Below, piece after piece: positions 42,347 to 44,462 of a DNA stretch of 44,462 bases. Position 1 is the first letter of the stretch, and every line of letters begins with the position of its first letter. Below the pieces are notes generated by a model. The model made no database searches. It saw only the letters and a program-made list of their open reading frames with translations, and was not told where the DNA came from. Source of the DNA: Tubiluchus corallicola (taxonomy: Eukaryota; Animalia; Priapulida). The position numbers were made by a program, and so were the translations under genes. Location of the stretch: contig JAQGDQ010001360.1 in NCBI GenBank assembly GCA_030141605.1, positions 1 through 44,462 of the forward strand, read 5' to 3'.

Positions 42347-42523
42347 GTTTCACTATTGACGTTAATCAATCTTACACCGAAGAAGCCATGTATACGGAGC
42401 AATGTGGATCGGCTGTGGACCTCTTCGTTTGTGGCATGGAACGACAATGTGTTCCCTATTCGCTGACTTGCAATGGAGTAGCGAATTGCAAGAACGGTCA
42501 AGACGAAAGTCCACTCATATGTG
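42347..42523 (+). CDS. LDL-receptor class A (LDLa) module exon; likely RXFP/LGR type-C relaxin-family receptor-like GPCR
   Basis: ttacAG acceptor and GTG|GTAAGT donor. 177 nt, symmetric phase 1-1, encoding (G)FTIDVNQSYTEEAMYTEQCGSAVDLFVCGMERQCVPYSLTCNGVANCKNGQDESPLIC(G): six cysteines, F-x-C, and a C-N-G-x-x-x-C-x-N-G-x-D-E pattern. The LDLa call is firm; the RXFP/LGR assignment is inference. Confidence 0.85.
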
Positions 42524-42719
42524 GTAAGTGTCATGACAGTTGCTAAATTGAAAATGTGATCATTATCCTATGTGTGTCGATGGCCTTATGGATGATAATT
42601 TTTGTAATATTTGTCACAACATAGTAAGTGACAAATATAGTAAGTGAAAATAGATTACATATTTTCTCCTGTACAGACGTCACTACTGTAGGTTTTTCGT
42701 ATTGGATATTGATTGATAG

Positions 42720-44462
<1,743 letters not shown>

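Overview
AT-rich, microsatellite-dense genomic DNA from an invertebrate animal (spliced genes; most likely a non-insect lineage, exact taxon not determinable). Three protein-coding genes can be reconstructed from splice sites, and most of their exons are missed by the ORF track. (1) Two C-terminal fibronectin-III exons of Host cell factor (HCFC1-like, + strand, 153-281 and 900-1088). (2) A gustatory-receptor-like (Grl/7tm_7) chemoreceptor on the - strand, with exons 7478-6288, 4618-4526 and 1780-1691 joined by the family's phase-0 introns. (3) The 5' end of a secreted or membrane protein on the + strand: a signal-peptide exon (13476-13554) and an LDLa exon (42347-42523), most like an RXFP/LGR type-C relaxin-family receptor, with an apparent ~28.8 kb first intron. 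The remainder is intronic/intergenic DNA with TTAA-flanked Kolobok/T2-like MITEs (at least 3 families, several copies), a hAT MITE, a Harbinger-like MITE holding a 70-bp tandem array, LINE and Penelope remnants, the 3' part of a non-LTR retrotransposon abutting a (GA)n tract, and many simple repeats. The oddest feature is that the converging HCF and Grl genes both appear to lack their final exons, and both break off around the same ~600-bp interval (1089-1690). I see no convincing novel multi-gene system. Most ORF-track entries are simple-repeat artefacts.
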